The notes: a model not told the origin generated them from the letters alone. Positions 7,690 through 19,695 are shown, counted from the first letter of the stretch. The stretch is 64,000 nucleotides of DNA from Candidatus Zixiibacteriota bacterium (GCA_050117845.1 JASFLY010000002.1:186025-250024); one strand, 5' to 3'. Numbers and translations are program-made.

Positions 7690-10455
7690 ATGACGGACTA
7701 CAAAGACACCCTCAACCTCCCGCAGACCGCCTTCCCGATGAAGGCCAACCTCGCCCGCCGGGAACCGGAGATCCTCGCCCGTTGGGACGAAATGGACATC
7801 TACGGCCGCATCCGGGAGGCCCGGAAGGGCCGCGACGTCTACATCCTGCACGACGGCCCCCCCTACGCCAACGGCCTTATCCACATGGGCACGGCGTTGA
7901 ATAAAATCCTCAAGGATATCGTCGTCAAGGCCAAGACGATGGCCGGCTTCGACGCGCCGTACGTCCCGGGTTGGGACTGCCACGGCCAGCCCATCGAACA
8001 CGAGGTCATGAAGGAGATCCGGGCGAAGAAAGAGGAGGTCCCGCCGGCGGAAGTGCGGGCCCGTTGCCGCGCGTACGCCGAGAAGTTCGTCGGCCTCCAA
8101 CGGCCGGACTTCGAGCGGTTGGCCGTCTTCGGCACCTGGGACCATCCCTACCTCACGATGCAATCCCACTACGAGGCGGCGGTAATCGGCGCCTTCCGGG
8201 CGATGGCCCGCGACGGCCGAGTCTACCGGGGCCTCAAGCCGGTCCACTGGTGCCACTGGTGCGAGACGGCGCTGGCCGAGGCCGAACTGGAATACAAGGA
8301 CGTAACGTCGCCCACGGTGACGGTGCGCTTCGAGGTCGTCGAGGGCCTGGACGAACTCCGCGCCCAGGCGCCCACCTACCTCGCCATCTGGACGACGACC
8401 CCCTGGACCCTCCCGTCCAACGTGGCCTGCGCCGTGGCCCCCGGCTTCGACTACGCCGCGGTGCGCGCGAGAGACGCCATCTACGTTCTGGCCGAGTACC
8501 TGGTCCCGGCGGTGATGGCCGCCGCGGGGATAAGCAATTACACGACGGTCAAAACGTTCAAGGGCGAGGACCTGACAAACGTTAAATACAAGCACGCCTT
8601 TATAGACCGGGTTTCGCCGGTCATCACCACCGACTTCGTGACGCTGGACGCGGGGACGGGCATCGTCCACATCGCGCCCGGCCACGGCGCCGAGGACTTC
8701 TACGCCGGCGGGCAGCACGGCCTGCCCATACTGTCACCGGTGGACGACCAGGGACGCTTCACCGCCGAGGTCCCCGAGTACGAGGGCACGCTCGTCTTCG
8801 ACGCCGACGCCCGCATCGTCGAGCGGCTGCGCGAGGGCGGCGCCCTGCTCGCCTCCGAGAACGTGGAGCACTCCTACCCCCACTGCTGGCGCTGCAAGAG
8901 CCCGCTGCTCTTCCGCGCGACGAAGCAATGGTTCGTCTCCATGGACGCGCACGACCTCCGCGGCGCCGCGCTGGCCGAAATAGACGAGGTGGAATGGGTG
9001 CCGCGTTGGGGCCGCCAGCGTATCGTCGGCATGGTGGAGAGCCGGCCCGACTGGTGCATCAGCCGCCAGCGGAGCTGGGGCGTTCCCATCCCGGCGCTCT
9101 ACTGCCGCGACTGCGGCGAGATGCACCTGAGCGACGACTTCCTGGGCCGCGTCGAGGAAATGGTCCTAAAGGACGGCATCGAGGCCTACTGGCAGGCGAG
9201 CCCGGAAGACCTCGCCGGCGGCGCGGCGTGCGAGTGCGGCGGCAAGGACTGGAAGAAATCCGAGGACATTCTGGACGTCTGGTTCGAGAGCGGCGCCAGC
9301 CACCTCGCCGTACTCAACGAGTGCTACGGCCTCCGCTGGCCCGCGGACCTCTACCTCGAGGGTTCGGACCAGCACCGCGGCTGGTTCCAGTTGTCGCTCA
9401 TGGTGGCGCTGTGCACGGCCGGCTCGTCCCCCTATAAATCCGTCATCACCCACGGCTTCATGCTCGACACCGCCGGCAAGGCCATGCACAAGTCCGCCGG
9501 CAACGTCATCCCGCCGCAGGACGTGGTGGAGAAGTACGGCGCCGACGTGCTGCGGCTGTGGGTGGCGTCGGAGGACTACCGCACCGACATCCGCCTGTCG
9601 TACGAGCTGTTGGGCCAGGTGGCCGAGAGTTACCGGCGCATCCGCAACACCGCCCGTTTCCTCTTGGGCAACCTTTACGACTTCGACCCGAAGGCCGACG
9701 CCCTGCAGCTCGAGGAATGGCTGGAACTCGACCGTTTCGCCTACCAGCGCTTCAACCGCCTCGCGGAGAAGGTATATCGGGCGTACGAGAACTTCGAGTT
9801 CCACGTCATATATCACGCCGTACACAACTTCTGCGCCGTTGACCTCTCGGCGTTCTATCTAGACGTGGTCAAGGACCGGCTCTATTGCGAAACGCCGAAC
9901 GACCCCGCCCGGCGCGCCGCCCAAAGTTGCCTGTACCTTATGGCCCGGGGCCTGGCCAAACTCCTCGCGCCGGTCATCCCGATGACCGCCGAGGAAATCT
10001 GGCAGCACCTCCCGGCGGAGGACGGCGAACCCGAAAGCGTCCACCTCGCCGAGTGGGACGAGGTGGAAGTGAACGGCGAAGAAGAAGCTCTCGAAGGAAA
10101 ATTCTCCCGGCTCCTCAAGGTCCGGGGATTGGTGTTAAAGGCGCTCGAGGAAGCCCGGGCGGCCGGGGCCATCGGCCACCCCCTCGAGGCAGTGGTAAAA
10201 ATAACGACGGAAGGCGATACGTACGACCTTCTCGTCGCCGAGGCCGAAAACCTCCCGACTTACTTCATCACGTCCCTGGTCTTTGTGGAACGGGGAGAAG
10301 TGAGCGGGGAATGGCTCGACGTGGCGGTCGAAAAAGCCGCCGACGCCAAGTGCGGCCGCTGTTGGCAGCGCTTGCCGTCCGTAGGCGAGGATGCACAGAA
10401 GCCGGACCTATGCGCCCGTTGCGGCCGGGTCATGGATGAACTCGCCGCCCGGTGA
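7690..10455 (+). CDS. ileS: Isoleucine--tRNA ligase (type 1)
   Basis: [12 protein letters not shown] (HIGH equivalent), GWDCHG, WTTTPWT editing motif, AMHKS (KMSKS equivalent), C-terminal CGRCW...CARC zinc finger. Confidence 0.97.
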   Translation: MTDYKDTLNLPQTAFPMKANLARREPEILARWDEMDIYGRIREARKGRDVYILHDGPPYANGLIHMGTALNKILKDIVVKAKTMAGFDAPYVPGWDCHGQPIEHEVMKEIRAKKEEVPPAEVRARCRAYAEKFVGLQRPDFERLAVFGTWDHPYLTMQSHYEAAVIGAFRAMARDGRVYRGLKPVHWCHWCETALAEAELEYKDVTSPTVTVRFEVVEGLDELRAQAPTYLAIWTTTPWTLPSNVACAVAPGFDYAAVRARDAIYVLAEYLVPAVMAAAGISNYTTVKTFKGEDLTNVKYKHAFIDRVSPVITTDFVTLDAGTGIVHIAPGHGAEDFYAGGQHGLPILSPVDDQGRFTAEVPEYEGTLVFDADARIVERLREGGALLASENVEHSYPHCWRCKSPLLFRATKQWFVSMDAHDLRGAALAEIDEVEWVPRWGRQRIVGMVESRPDWCISRQRSWGVPIPALYCRDCGEMHLSDDFLGRVEEMVLKDGIEAYWQASPEDLAGGAACECGGKDWKKSEDILDVWFESGASHLAVLNECYGLRWPADLYLEGSDQHRGWFQLSLMVALCTAGSSPYKSVITHGFMLDTAGKAMHKSAGNVIPPQDVVEKYGADVLRLWVASEDYRTDIRLSYELLGQVAESYRRIRNTARFLLGNLYDFDPKADALQLEEWLELDRFAYQRFNRLAEKVYRAYENFEFHVIYHAVHNFCAVDLSAFYLDVVKDRLYCETPNDPARRAAQSCLYLMARGLAKLLAPVIPMTAEEIWQHLPAEDGEPESVHLAEWDEVEVNGEEEALEGKFSRLLKVRGLVLKALEEARAAGAIGHPLEAVVKITTEGDTYDLLVAEAENLPTYFITSLVFVERGEVSGEWLDVAVEKAADAKCGRCWQRLPSVGEDAQKPDLCARCGRVMDELAAR

Positions 10456-10495
10456 CGCGCAAGGTCGGCGTTTCCGCTCGAAGCCGAGGTAAAAG

Positions 10496-10867
10496 ATGAA
10501 CAAACGGGAACGCAAGAAGTTCGAGAAAACCCTTCAACAGATGCGCGAAAAAAAGAGCGCCTATATCGACATGCTGCGGCAGCTCGCCATCTCCCGAACT
10601 CAACGCGACGCCAGCGGCGATATATCGGCCTTCACCTCCCACCCGGCGGATATCTCCACCGAATCCGACGAACGGGAAAAAGTGGCCTCCCTAATCACGC
10701 GCGAGACCGAAATCCTGAAGGAAATCGACGCCGCGCTCGAACGGATCGAGGACGGCAGTTACGGGAAATGCGAATCCTGCGGATGCGACATTACGCCGCC
10801 CCGGCTGCAAGCCTTGCCCTTCGCAACCCTGTGTATTGAATGTCAGGCCGAAGCGGAAAAGGGTTAA
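10496..10867 (+). CDS. TraR/DksA family C4 zinc-finger protein
   Basis: HPAD..T coiled-coil tip; IDAALERIEDGSYGKCESCG...RLQALPFATLCIEC. Confidence 0.9.
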   Translation: MNKRERKKFEKTLQQMREKKSAYIDMLRQLAISRTQRDASGDISAFTSHPADISTESDEREKVASLITRETEILKEIDAALERIEDGSYGKCESCGCDITPPRLQALPFATLCIECQAEAEKG

Positions 10868-11385
10868 GCGGGTTGCGCCGTTACGGCGTCTCGGCGGCCC
10901 TGGTGGCCGTCCTGCTCGCGGCGGACCAGATTACGAAATACCTGGTCGTGCGGAATCTATGGCCGGGGCGCGTGGTCGAGGTCATCCCCGGCCTACTCAA
11001 CGTTACCCTCTGCCGCAACACCGGCGGCGCGTTCAGCCTCTTCCCGGATAAACCCGTCATCTTCACCATAATGTCCTTGATCGCCGTCGGCCTCCTCCTT
11101 TACCTGTTCACCCGCTTCGCCGGCAAAACGACGCTATCGCTCGCGGCGGCCACGCTCCTGGCCGGCGCTTTGGGGAACCTCGCCGATCGTTTCCGGCTGG
11201 GATACGTCGTCGACTTCATCGACCTCCACATCGGCGGCTGGCACTGGTATATTTTCAACATCGCCGACGCGGCCATCACCGTGGGCGCGCTGTCCCTCTT
11301 CGTTTTCACGTTTCTGGACGAAAGGCGCCGCAGCCGCGAGGCCGAGCCCGCCCCGTCCACAGCCGATAATATCGATACCGAGTAA
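10840..11385 (+). CDS. lspA: Lipoprotein signal peptidase II (true start may be TTG at 10873)
   Basis: DQITK, NTGGAFS, GALGNLADR, VVDFID, FNIADAAI. Confidence 0.95.
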   Translation: MSGRSGKGLSGLRRYGVSAALVAVLLAADQITKYLVVRNLWPGRVVEVIPGLLNVTLCRNTGGAFSLFPDKPVIFTIMSLIAVGLLLYLFTRFAGKTTLSLAAATLLAGALGNLADRFRLGYVVDFIDLHIGGWHWYIFNIADAAITVGALSLFVFTFLDERRRSREAEPAPSTADNIDTE

Positions 11386-11543
11386 TCGGCCACGAGTTAA
11401 TGCGCGCCACTTACCCGGGGGGCACCTTCTCCTCCCGGGCTTCTTGTTGTCGTAAGGCCGAAAAAAGGCCGTTAATAAAAACTATTCCGCGCCGGCCCCG
11501 GCCGTAACCTTACTTCGCGAATCAAGTTAGCTTTAAAAAAATA

Positions 11544-11572
11544 TTGACACGGTATACCTATATTGCTATACT
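11544..11572 (+). promoter_or_regulatory. Sigma70-type promoter
   Basis: TTGACA-17 nt-TATACT. Confidence 0.75.
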
Positions 11573-11613
11573 GGTCGATATAATAAAATCCTTATAAGGA
11601 GGTGGACCCCCTG

Positions 11614-11850
11614 ATGCGCAATCTTTTAGTCTTCATTTTAGTCGCGTTATTCGCTTGCGGCGGCCTTATGCTCGTTGGCTGTAAAAAGAAGGAAGAAGTC
11701 CCGACCGCCGAAACGGGCGAGGTGATGCCCGAAACCGCTGAAGCCCCTGACACGGAGGAAATGACTCCGACCGCGGAGGAAACCCCGACGGCCGAAGGTA
11801 CGGCCGAGGAAGCTCCGACCGCCGAGGGTGAACCCGGAGAAGGCGAGTAG
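11614..11850 (+). CDS. Small acidic lipoprotein with PTAE repeats
   Basis: AGGAGG RBS; lipobox LVGC followed by KKKEE; Glu/Thr/Pro/Ala low-complexity tail. Confidence 0.75.
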   Translation: MRNLLVFILVALFACGGLMLVGCKKKEEVPTAETGEVMPETAEAPDTEEMTPTAEETPTAEGTAEEAPTAEGEPGEGE

Positions 11851-11879
11851 TCGGACGAACGTCCGCCAAGCTTTATACG

Positions 11880-11908
11880 ACGGGGCCGCTAATGCGGCCC
11901 CGTTTTTT
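11880..11908 (+). terminator. Intrinsic terminator
   Basis: ACGGGGCCGC-TAAT-GCGGCCCCGT followed by a T run. Confidence 0.85.
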
Positions 11909-11993
11909 GCTCCCCTTGCTCGCCACCCGCATTTGTGTTATCATCCGCGGGTAAACGCTCTACTCTAACGCTCTTTAACCCGGAAAAGGCGCT

Positions 11994-12770
11994 ATGTCAC
12001 CCCTAACTATCAATAATAAGGAATACGGTTCCCGCCTCCTCCTCGGCACCGGGAAATACGAAGACCTCGACGTTATGAAAAAGGCCTTCGACCTGGCCGC
12101 TCCCGCCATGGTGACGGTGGCGGTCCGTCGCATCGACCTCGACGCCGTCAAGGAGGGCAAACCCTCACTTCTCGATTACATTGACCAGGACAAAATCGAG
12201 ATCCTACCCAACACCGCCGGCTGTTACACGGCCGACGAGGCGGTACGGGCCGCGCGGCTGGGCCAGGCCGCCGGGTTCTCCAACCTCGTCAAACTGGAAG
12301 TCATCGGCGACAAGAAAACCCTTCTCCCGGACACCGAACAGCTCCTACGCGCCACCGAGACCCTGGTCAAAGAAGGCTTCGTCGTTCTGCCCTACACCAG
12401 CGACGACCCCATCGTGGCCAAGAAATTGGAGGAGGCCGGCGCCGCGGCCATAATGCCGCTCGCCGCGCCCATCGGCTCCGGCATGGGGATCCAGACCGAC
12501 CTGAACATCCGCTTCATCATGGAGGAGGCCTCGGTGCCGGTAATCGTCGACGCCGGCGTGGGCACGGCTTCCGACGCCTGCAAGGCCATGGAAATAGGCG
12601 TCGACGGCATCCTGATAAACACGGCCGTAGCGCTCGCCGACGACCCCGTTAAAATGGCCCAGGCCATGCGCGACGGCGTCGTGGCCGGCCGCCTGGCCTT
12701 CGAGGCGGGCCGCATCCCGAAGAAACCGTACGCCTCGGCCTCCAGCCCCGTCGAGGGCGTCGTTAGATGA
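11994..12770 (+). CDS. thiG: Thiazole synthase
   Basis: [44 protein letters not shown]. Confidence 0.96.
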   Translation: MSPLTINNKEYGSRLLLGTGKYEDLDVMKKAFDLAAPAMVTVAVRRIDLDAVKEGKPSLLDYIDQDKIEILPNTAGCYTADEAVRAARLGQAAGFSNLVKLEVIGDKKTLLPDTEQLLRATETLVKEGFVVLPYTSDDPIVAKKLEEAGAAAIMPLAAPIGSGMGIQTDLNIRFIMEEASVPVIVDAGVGTASDACKAMEIGVDGILINTAVALADDPVKMAQAMRDGVVAGRLAFEAGRIPKKPYASASSPVEGVVR

Positions 12771-13411
12771 ACGTCGTTTTCGTAACACCTGAAGAAACGG
12801 ACGACAAGCGCCTCCTCGAACTCGCGGAGGAAGCGCTGGACGGCGGCGTGGACGCGGTGCAGCTCCGCCGCAAGGGCGCCGCGGCCGGGGAACTCTTCCC
12901 GCTGGCCAAACTCATCCGGGAACAGGCCGACCGCGCCGGCGCGAAACTATTCGTTAACGACCGCGCCGACGTGGCGCTGGCCGCCGGGGCCGCCGGCGTT
13001 CACCTCGCCGGCCACTCCCTTCCCGTCGCCGCGGCCCGGGCCGTCCTGCCGAAGCCTTTCCAAATCGGCGTTTCGTGCCACAGCGTGGCCGAGGCGATGC
13101 AGGCCCGGACGGAAGGCGCCGACTACGTCTACTTCGGCACGGTCTTCGAGACGGCGTCCAAGCCGGGCGTCAAGGCCGCCGGCGTGGAGGAACTCTCCCG
13201 GGCGTGCAACGAAGTCGACGTCCCGGTCATCGCCATCGGCGGGATAACGGTGGAGAACGTCGGGGCGGTGCTTTCGGCGGGGGCGTCCGGCGTGGCCGTC
13301 ATCTCCGCCATCGCGGGCCAGCGTTCGCCCGCGGACGCCGCCGCGGCGCTGGTCGACGCGTTCAAATCGTGGCGGGGCGAGAAGTACCCCACGATAGAGG
13401 TTTCGGAATAA
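12767..13411 (+). CDS. thiE: Thiamine phosphate synthase (ThiE/TenI family)
   Basis: [31 protein letters not shown]. Confidence 0.85.
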   Translation: MNVVFVTPEETDDKRLLELAEEALDGGVDAVQLRRKGAAAGELFPLAKLIREQADRAGAKLFVNDRADVALAAGAAGVHLAGHSLPVAAARAVLPKPFQIGVSCHSVAEAMQARTEGADYVYFGTVFETASKPGVKAAGVEELSRACNEVDVPVIAIGGITVENVGAVLSAGASGVAVISAIAGQRSPADAAAALVDAFKSWRGEKYPTIEVSE

Positions 13412-13504
13412 TATCGGAAAGGCCGACGTCGCGCGTCACCGGCCGCTCGGGCGGCCTTTTCGTTTGATATTTACCGGGTAAAAATATTATATTTACCGAA
13501 CGAT

Positions 13505-14380
13505 ATGGTCGAAAAAGCTAAATCCCTCCAGGACCTCGCCGCCACCCTCTCGGCCTACTGGGCGGGGCGGGATTGCGTCATCGTCCAGCCGGGCGACGTG
13601 GAATCCGGCGCCGGGACCTTCCACGCCGCCACCTTCCTCCGGGCCCTGGGGCCCGAGCCCTGGCGCGCGGCCTTCGTGTCCCCCTCCCGACGGCCCCGCG
13701 ACGGCCGCTACGGCGAGAATCCCCATCGCCTCTACCTCCACTACCAGTACCAGGTCGTCCTGAAACCCGCGCCCGAGGACGTGATGGACCAGTACATAGG
13801 CAGCCTGCGCGCCATCGGCATCGAGCCCGAGGAGCACGACCTCCGCTTCGACGAGGACGACTGGGAATCCCCCACGCTCGGCGCCTGGGGCCTGGGGTGG
13901 CAGGTCCTGTTGGACGGCATGGAGATAACGCAGTTCACGTACTTCCAGCAGATGGGCGGCTACGACTGCGACCCGGTGACCGCGGAGTTGACCTACGGCC
14001 TGGAGCGCATCGCCTCCTTCCTGGCGGGAGTGGACAGCCTTTACGACGTGCGCTGGGGCGCCGACCAAACGTACGGCGATATGCGGCGCCGCGAGGAACG
14101 CGAACACTCCGTCTACGCGCTGGACGACGCCGACCCCGAAATCCTGTTTCAGCTTTACGGGATATACGAGGCCGAGTGCCGCCGGCTGGCGGAGGCCGGC
14201 CTGGCCCACCCGGCGCACGACTACCTTCTTAAAAGCTCCCACGCCTTTAACCTCCTCGACGCCCGCGGCGCCATCGGCGTTACCGAGCGCGCCAACTACA
14301 TAGGCCGGATCCGGGCGCTGGCCCGGGCCGTGGCCGGGGCCTGGCTGAAACCCGAAGGCGACGGTGAAGACGATGCCTGA
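13505..14380 (+). CDS. glyQ: Glycine--tRNA ligase alpha subunit
   Basis: [52 protein letters not shown]. Confidence 0.97.
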   Translation: MVEKAKSLQDLAATLSAYWAGRDCVIVQPGDVESGAGTFHAATFLRALGPEPWRAAFVSPSRRPRDGRYGENPHRLYLHYQYQVVLKPAPEDVMDQYIGSLRAIGIEPEEHDLRFDEDDWESPTLGAWGLGWQVLLDGMEITQFTYFQQMGGYDCDPVTAELTYGLERIASFLAGVDSLYDVRWGADQTYGDMRRREEREHSVYALDDADPEILFQLYGIYEAECRRLAEAGLAHPAHDYLLKSSHAFNLLDARGAIGVTERANYIGRIRALARAVAGAWLKPEGDGEDDA

Positions 14381-16526
14381 GGACCGGGCCGACCTTCTGG
14401 TCGAAATCGGCTGCGAGGAGTTGCCCCCGGCCGCCGTGGAGGCGGGCCGCTCGGGCCTGGGCCGCGCCGCCGAGAAGCACCTGCGCGAAAATCGCCTTCC
14501 CCCCGAAGAAGTACTGACGTACGCAACGCCCCGACGCCTGGTCCTCCTGGTCCGGGGCGTCCCCCGCGAGCAGGAGGCCGAGGTTAAAGAGGTCACCGGC
14601 CCGCCGAAAAAAGTCGCGTACGACGCCGACGGCAAGCTAACCGCCGCCGGCCTGGGTTTCCTCAAGAAATACGACCTGGCGGAAGGCCAGATCAAAATAG
14701 TCGAGACGGCCAAGGGCGAATACCTGGGCGCGGAGGTGGCTTCGCCCCGCGGCGCGGCCGCGGAGGTCCTGACTGAACTCGTCCCCGCGTGCGTCGGCGA
14801 ATTATCCTTCGCCAAAACGATGCGCTGGCCGCCGGCCGACGTCGCTTTCCCGCGGCCCGTCCGCTGGCTCGTCGGCCTCTTCGGCGGAGAAGTCGCGCCG
14901 TTCGCGTACGCGGGCCTCACCGCCGGCACGGCATCAGCCGGCCACCGGACCATCGCCCCGGGCGAAAAGGACCTCGCCGGCCTTTTCGCCGACGGCCGCG
15001 TGGACCCGGGCGGATTAAAGGGTTTTTACGAGCGCGAACTGGGCGTTGTCCTCGACGCCGGCGACCGGGCCGCACGCGTGAAAGAAGCCCTCCCCGACGT
15101 CGGCGTCCCGGCCGACTACTTCGAACGGGCCGACTTCCATATAAAATGGACCTTCGGCCGCGTCCTGGACGAGGTCGAGGCGCCGCTGGTCGTGGCCGGC
15201 AATTTCGACGAGAAATATCTATCGTTGCCGGCCGAGGTCGTCGAGGCCGCGCTTCTCGGTTACCTTCACCTGTTCCCGGTATGGGATAAGGAAGGGCGGT
15301 TGACGCCGGCGTTCTTCGCCGTATCGAACGCCCGGCCGGACGCGGTCGCCAACGTCCGTGCGGGGCTGGAACGCGTCCTCGCTGCCCGCCTCGCCGACGC
15401 GTCGTACTTCTGGGAAGTGGACTCCGGGACGCCGCCGGACGAGATGGCCGCGGCGCTGGGCGGCGTCGTCTTCGCGAAGGGCGCCGGGACCGTCGCCGAC
15501 AAGGCCGCGCGGCTGGGGAAACTCGTGGCCGCGCTCGCGGACGAACTTGACGTCCCGGCCGGGGAGCGGCCCACCCTCGCCCGGGCCGCCGCCCTGTGCA
15601 AGGCCGACCTCACCTCCCAGATGGTTCGCGAGAAAGAGTTCGCCCACCTCCAGGGGACGATGGGCCGGCTCTACGCCGCGGCCGCGGGGGAGCCGGAGGG
15701 CGTCGCCCTCGCCATCGAGGAGCACTACCGTCCCGGCGCGGCGGACGATCCGTTGCCGACGACGCTCGCCGGCCGGGTCCTCGCGCTCGCCGACCGGGCC
15801 GACACGCTGGTCACGCTCTTCGCCGCCGGCCACCGGCCCACGGGCGCCAAGGACCCCTTCGCGCTGCGCCGAGCCGCCATCGGCCTGTGCCGGATATTGT
15901 TAGAGGACGCCGACGGGGCTTTTGCGCCTTTGACGCTGGAGGCCATAGTCGGCCTCGCGGCGAAAGTCGCCGCCTCCTCCGAGGACGCGGCGACGGACGT
16001 GCTCTCGTTCGTCGAAGGGCGCCTGCGCCAGAACTTCCTGGACCGCGGCTACCGGGACGACATGGTCGAGGCCGTACTGGCGGGGGAAGGCCGCAAGCCC
16101 GCGGACCGGGCAGCCCGGTTGGACGCGCTGGCCTCGTTCTACGAGAACCGAGACGAATACCTCCGTCTGGCCATCGCCTTCAAGCGGCCCATTAACATCC
16201 TGCGCCAGGGGCGCGAGCGCGAGTTGGCGTGGGGGAACTTCGACGAGGGCCTCATAGGCCAGGACGAGGAACGCGCACTCCTGGACGAATTCCGGGCCGT
16301 GGAGCCAGACGTCGGGGCCGCTATTTCCGGAGGAGACTACGGCCGGGCGCTTGAACTCCTAGCGAAGATGCGGCCGACCGTCGACAAATATTTCGACGAA
16401 GTAATGGTGATGTGCGAGGACGAAAAGTTGCGGGCCAATCGCCTGGCGATGATGCAGCTCCTCGCCGACCTTTTCCTCTCCTTCGCCGACTTCACGCGCT
16501 TGCGCGGCGAAGAAGATTACGAATAG
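14373..16526 (+). CDS. glyS: Glycine--tRNA ligase beta subunit
   Basis: [43 protein letters not shown]. Confidence 0.95.
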   Translation: MPEDRADLLVEIGCEELPPAAVEAGRSGLGRAAEKHLRENRLPPEEVLTYATPRRLVLLVRGVPREQEAEVKEVTGPPKKVAYDADGKLTAAGLGFLKKYDLAEGQIKIVETAKGEYLGAEVASPRGAAAEVLTELVPACVGELSFAKTMRWPPADVAFPRPVRWLVGLFGGEVAPFAYAGLTAGTASAGHRTIAPGEKDLAGLFADGRVDPGGLKGFYERELGVVLDAGDRAARVKEALPDVGVPADYFERADFHIKWTFGRVLDEVEAPLVVAGNFDEKYLSLPAEVVEAALLGYLHLFPVWDKEGRLTPAFFAVSNARPDAVANVRAGLERVLAARLADASYFWEVDSGTPPDEMAAALGGVVFAKGAGTVADKAARLGKLVAALADELDVPAGERPTLARAAALCKADLTSQMVREKEFAHLQGTMGRLYAAAAGEPEGVALAIEEHYRPGAADDPLPTTLAGRVLALADRADTLVTLFAAGHRPTGAKDPFALRRAAIGLCRILLEDADGAFAPLTLEAIVGLAAKVAASSEDAATDVLSFVEGRLRQNFLDRGYRDDMVEAVLAGEGRKPADRAARLDALASFYENRDEYLRLAIAFKRPINILRQGRERELAWGNFDEGLIGQDEERALLDEFRAVEPDVGAAISGGDYGRALELLAKMRPTVDKYFDEVMVMCEDEKLRANRLAMMQLLADLFLSFADFTRLRGEEDYE

Positions 16527-16574
16527 CCCGGTGGGTCGGGGCGGGGTCGCCGTCGCGCGACACCGGGCCTCGTT

Positions 16575-17492
16575 ATGGTAATAATACGGCGAAAACCGAT
16601 TCGCGCGCGAATCCTCAAGGCCGTCAGCTACGGCCTTGTTATCGCCACGCTCGGCGGCCTGGCCCTCTGGGGCTACCTCAAGCACCGGGCGACCCCCGGC
16701 CGCATCGAGGTAACGCCGCCCCCCGTCGAGGGCGAGCCCGACTTCGCGGGCTTTGACCGCCGGCTGGTTTACGCCAACGAGCAGGAACTCCTCGCGCCGC
16801 CGGCCTTCCCCTGGAGCCTCGCCGCCGTGTCCCGCTTGCCCCGGGCCGAGGTGGCGGACGTCCGCATCACCTCCTTCCCGGAGGGCGAAGAGCCCCCGCC
16901 GGACCTCGCCGAAATCCTCGCCGCGGGCCTGGCCGAACAGGCTCCCCTCGTCGCCCGGCCCTTCACCCTAGCCGCCTCGCCGCCCTACCTTATAACGCCG
17001 TTAACCGTCGAGATGGAATTCGTGCTGGACGAGGCCGGCGCCACGACGGCCGTCGGCGTCGCCGGAGCGCCGGGCGACCTCAACGCCTCCTTCGCCGAAC
17101 GGGCCACGCGCTTCCTCTTCGAGCCCGAGGCCGCACACGCGAACTTCCTTGCGAACGTTACACTTATCCCTTACCCGTACGACCGCCTGGTGGCCAGCCG
17201 CGGCGGGAAGCCGCTGGCCGTCGAGGAGTATCGCGTACTCTTCCGCGCGTTGCAGTTCAACTCCTTCCCGCTCTACGACACCTGCCTCGCCAAGGCCCCG
17301 GAACTCCTGACGGCCGAGACCGCCACCGGCGTATCCTTCGCGGTGGACGCCGAGGGGCATCCCGGCGCCCCGGCCTTCGAGCCGCCGCTGGCCTCGGAAG
17401 CGTCCCAGGACGCCCTTACCGCCACCCTGACCGAAATATACCTCCCGGCATCGTTGGCCGGCGCCCGCGTCGAATTTCTGGTGGGCGGGTAA
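16575..17492 (+). CDS. Hypothetical protein with one N-terminal TM anchor
   Basis: Basic N-terminus followed by a hydrophobic helix; fills the gap between glyS and the next gene. Confidence 0.6.
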   Translation: MVIIRRKPIRARILKAVSYGLVIATLGGLALWGYLKHRATPGRIEVTPPPVEGEPDFAGFDRRLVYANEQELLAPPAFPWSLAAVSRLPRAEVADVRITSFPEGEEPPPDLAEILAAGLAEQAPLVARPFTLAASPPYLITPLTVEMEFVLDEAGATTAVGVAGAPGDLNASFAERATRFLFEPEAAHANFLANVTLIPYPYDRLVASRGGKPLAVEEYRVLFRALQFNSFPLYDTCLAKAPELLTAETATGVSFAVDAEGHPGAPAFEPPLASEASQDALTATLTEIYLPASLAGARVEFLVGG

Positions 17493-17499
17493 AGGGACC

Positions 17500-19509
17500 A
17501 TGGCGCTTCGCCGACTCTCTATGAGAAAAAGACGCCTTATCCTGGCCGGGCAGGCGGCGCTGCTGCTCGCCGGCGTCGCCCTCCTGTCCTGCGGCCCCTG
17601 CGGCCGGCCGGACGGGGGCGCCCCGACCACCGCCGGCACCGCCGAAGAAGGTCCCGCCGGCCCGCTCTACGTTACGACGTCGCAGCCCTCCTACCTCCGC
17701 TACGACATAGTCGAGGTCCGCGTTCGCGCCGACGCCGACGTGGTGGGGGAGCTGACCCCCGACAACACCCGGGGCGTCATCAAGCGCGACGGCGAGGTCG
17801 TGACCACCGTAGGCGGCATCCAGGATCTCACGTTCCGCGCCGGGAAGGACGGCGGCCTCGTCGCCCGCTGGCCCATCCCCTGGAACCCGCCCCTCGGCAA
17901 GTACTCGGCCGAGGTCGGCGCCGAGACCGCGTCCGGCAAATTCGACGCCGCCGCGGAATTCGAAATAGCGGGCCGCAAACCCGCCGCCCTGGATAAACCC
18001 TTCTGCGTGGTGACGCTCGAATCCGACGGCCGCTGGGAGCGTAAATACCTGGCCTCGCCCGGCGAGAACCACGACTATACGGCCCTCGTCGACTGGGCCG
18101 AGTTCATGGGCGCGGACGCGTTCTTCACGCTCGTCGGCATCACCAAGGCCATGTACGCGCCGACCATGGAGAACCCGTGGTACCAGCACAACCTCGACTT
18201 CTCCCCCAAACTCGCGGACGAGTGCCACGCCCGCGGCATCAAGTTCGGCGGTTGGATAGGTTCCTTTTTGCCGTACGGGAAGACGCAGGTCCCGCTGCCC
18301 TACAAGTACTCCCGCAACCTCGTCGAGGGGGAGTTCTGGTACACGTTGCACATCTCGCTCAACGACGAACGGCGCTTCGCCCAGGTCATAGAACTGGCCC
18401 GGACCCTGCAGAACGATCCCCATTACGACTACGTCGGCCTCGACTACATCCGAACCGGCTTCGGCGGCTACGAACTGGTGGACGAGTTCGTCCGCGACCT
18501 CGCCATCGACGTTCCGGCCGACTGGGAGCAGAAGTCCCTCGAGGGACAGATGTGGTGGCTGGTGGCAAAACTCCGAAGCCGCGACCAGCGCATGATCGAA
18601 CTCTGGCAGTGGTGGCGGGCCCGCAAGGTCGCGCTGACGGTAAAGCGGATCAAGGACGAGGCCGGGATCACGAAGCCGCTCTTCGCTTATACCCTCGGCT
18701 GGGAGATGGGCCACCAGCACGGCCAGGATATTTTAATGATGAACGACGCCGGCGTCGACTGCTGCATGGTCATGCTCTACGAGGCCACGAAGGACGAGTA
18801 CGATTATTTAATTAAGAGGTGGCCCGAGTACCTGGAAGAGGGCCAGGTCAACGCCGTCCCGGGAATCAGCGTCGACCGGTATTTATTGCTGAACAAGTGG
18901 AATCCTAACGTCAACCAACCTTACGAGATGTTCGACCGTTACCTCGCGGCGGTGGAGGGCTTTTACGGCAAGGGAGAGTTGGAGGGCCTCTTCTGGCACG
19001 ACTTCGAACGCGGCCTCTACTCGCGCCGGGGCGAGGAGTTTACCTGCATGGACTACGCCGTCGCCGGCGCGGCGGCCTTCTCGCGCCTCCGCGAGAAACG
19101 CAAGGCCTCGCCGCTCGAGCTTCGGATAACGCGCGTGACCGGGGGCCCCCGCGTAAAAATCACGCTCAAGAACGTCGGCGACAAGGCGTTGCGCGACGTG
19201 GAAGTGTTCATCCCCCAGACCCACGGCATCAACCCCGGCCGCGGGGCCCGAACGACCGTGGCGTCGATCGCGCCGGGCGAGACGGCCGAACTCACGGTCG
19301 CGGCCGGCAGTTGGGACATATCGCGGCGCCACATCGTCGCCGTGTGCGCCGTGTGGGGCGACCGGCCGCGGGACCGGGCGTTCGACGTGGCCATCGCGAC
19401 ACTGTATCGCCTCCCCAAACCGAAACCGGCCGAGGAGAAGGCCGGCGAAGGCGAACCGGCGGCCGAAAACACCCCCTCGGCGCCACCTCCGGTTAAAGAC
19501 TCCTTTTAA
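17500..19509 (+). CDS. Putative lipoprotein with glycoside-hydrolase-like TIM barrel and C-terminal Ig-like domain
   Basis: ALLSC lipobox; ADECHARGIKFGGW and VGLDYIR resemble GH10-like/DUF187 barrels; KITLKNVG..SIAPGET Ig-like tail. Confidence 0.6.
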   Translation: MALRRLSMRKRRLILAGQAALLLAGVALLSCGPCGRPDGGAPTTAGTAEEGPAGPLYVTTSQPSYLRYDIVEVRVRADADVVGELTPDNTRGVIKRDGEVVTTVGGIQDLTFRAGKDGGLVARWPIPWNPPLGKYSAEVGAETASGKFDAAAEFEIAGRKPAALDKPFCVVTLESDGRWERKYLASPGENHDYTALVDWAEFMGADAFFTLVGITKAMYAPTMENPWYQHNLDFSPKLADECHARGIKFGGWIGSFLPYGKTQVPLPYKYSRNLVEGEFWYTLHISLNDERRFAQVIELARTLQNDPHYDYVGLDYIRTGFGGYELVDEFVRDLAIDVPADWEQKSLEGQMWWLVAKLRSRDQRMIELWQWWRARKVALTVKRIKDEAGITKPLFAYTLGWEMGHQHGQDILMMNDAGVDCCMVMLYEATKDEYDYLIKRWPEYLEEGQVNAVPGISVDRYLLLNKWNPNVNQPYEMFDRYLAAVEGFYGKGELEGLFWHDFERGLYSRRGEEFTCMDYAVAGAAAFSRLREKRKASPLELRITRVTGGPRVKITLKNVGDKALRDVEVFIPQTHGINPGRGARTTVASIAPGETAELTVAAGSWDISRRHIVAVCAVWGDRPRDRAFDVAIATLYRLPKPKPAEEKAGEGEPAAENTPSAPPPVKDSF

Positions 19510-19695
19510 GCCCACCCCCCAGTTGACGCGGAACCCCCTTGTCTTGTAGAATCTACTCGGGGAAAGGGGCAATCAAACCAGTTGATTACGAAGCGGAGGG
19601 CCCGTCCCCGGATGGGCGGCGGCTCCGCTTTTCGGTTCTCCGGGACCGGCGTTATTAACGCGATATACGATAGCACCGCCGAAGGCGATAAAAAA

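Noticed and set aside
11851..11993. TPP riboswitch before thiG
   Set aside because: No GCTGAGA...CCTGA aptamer core; only a terminator and a promoter-like sequence
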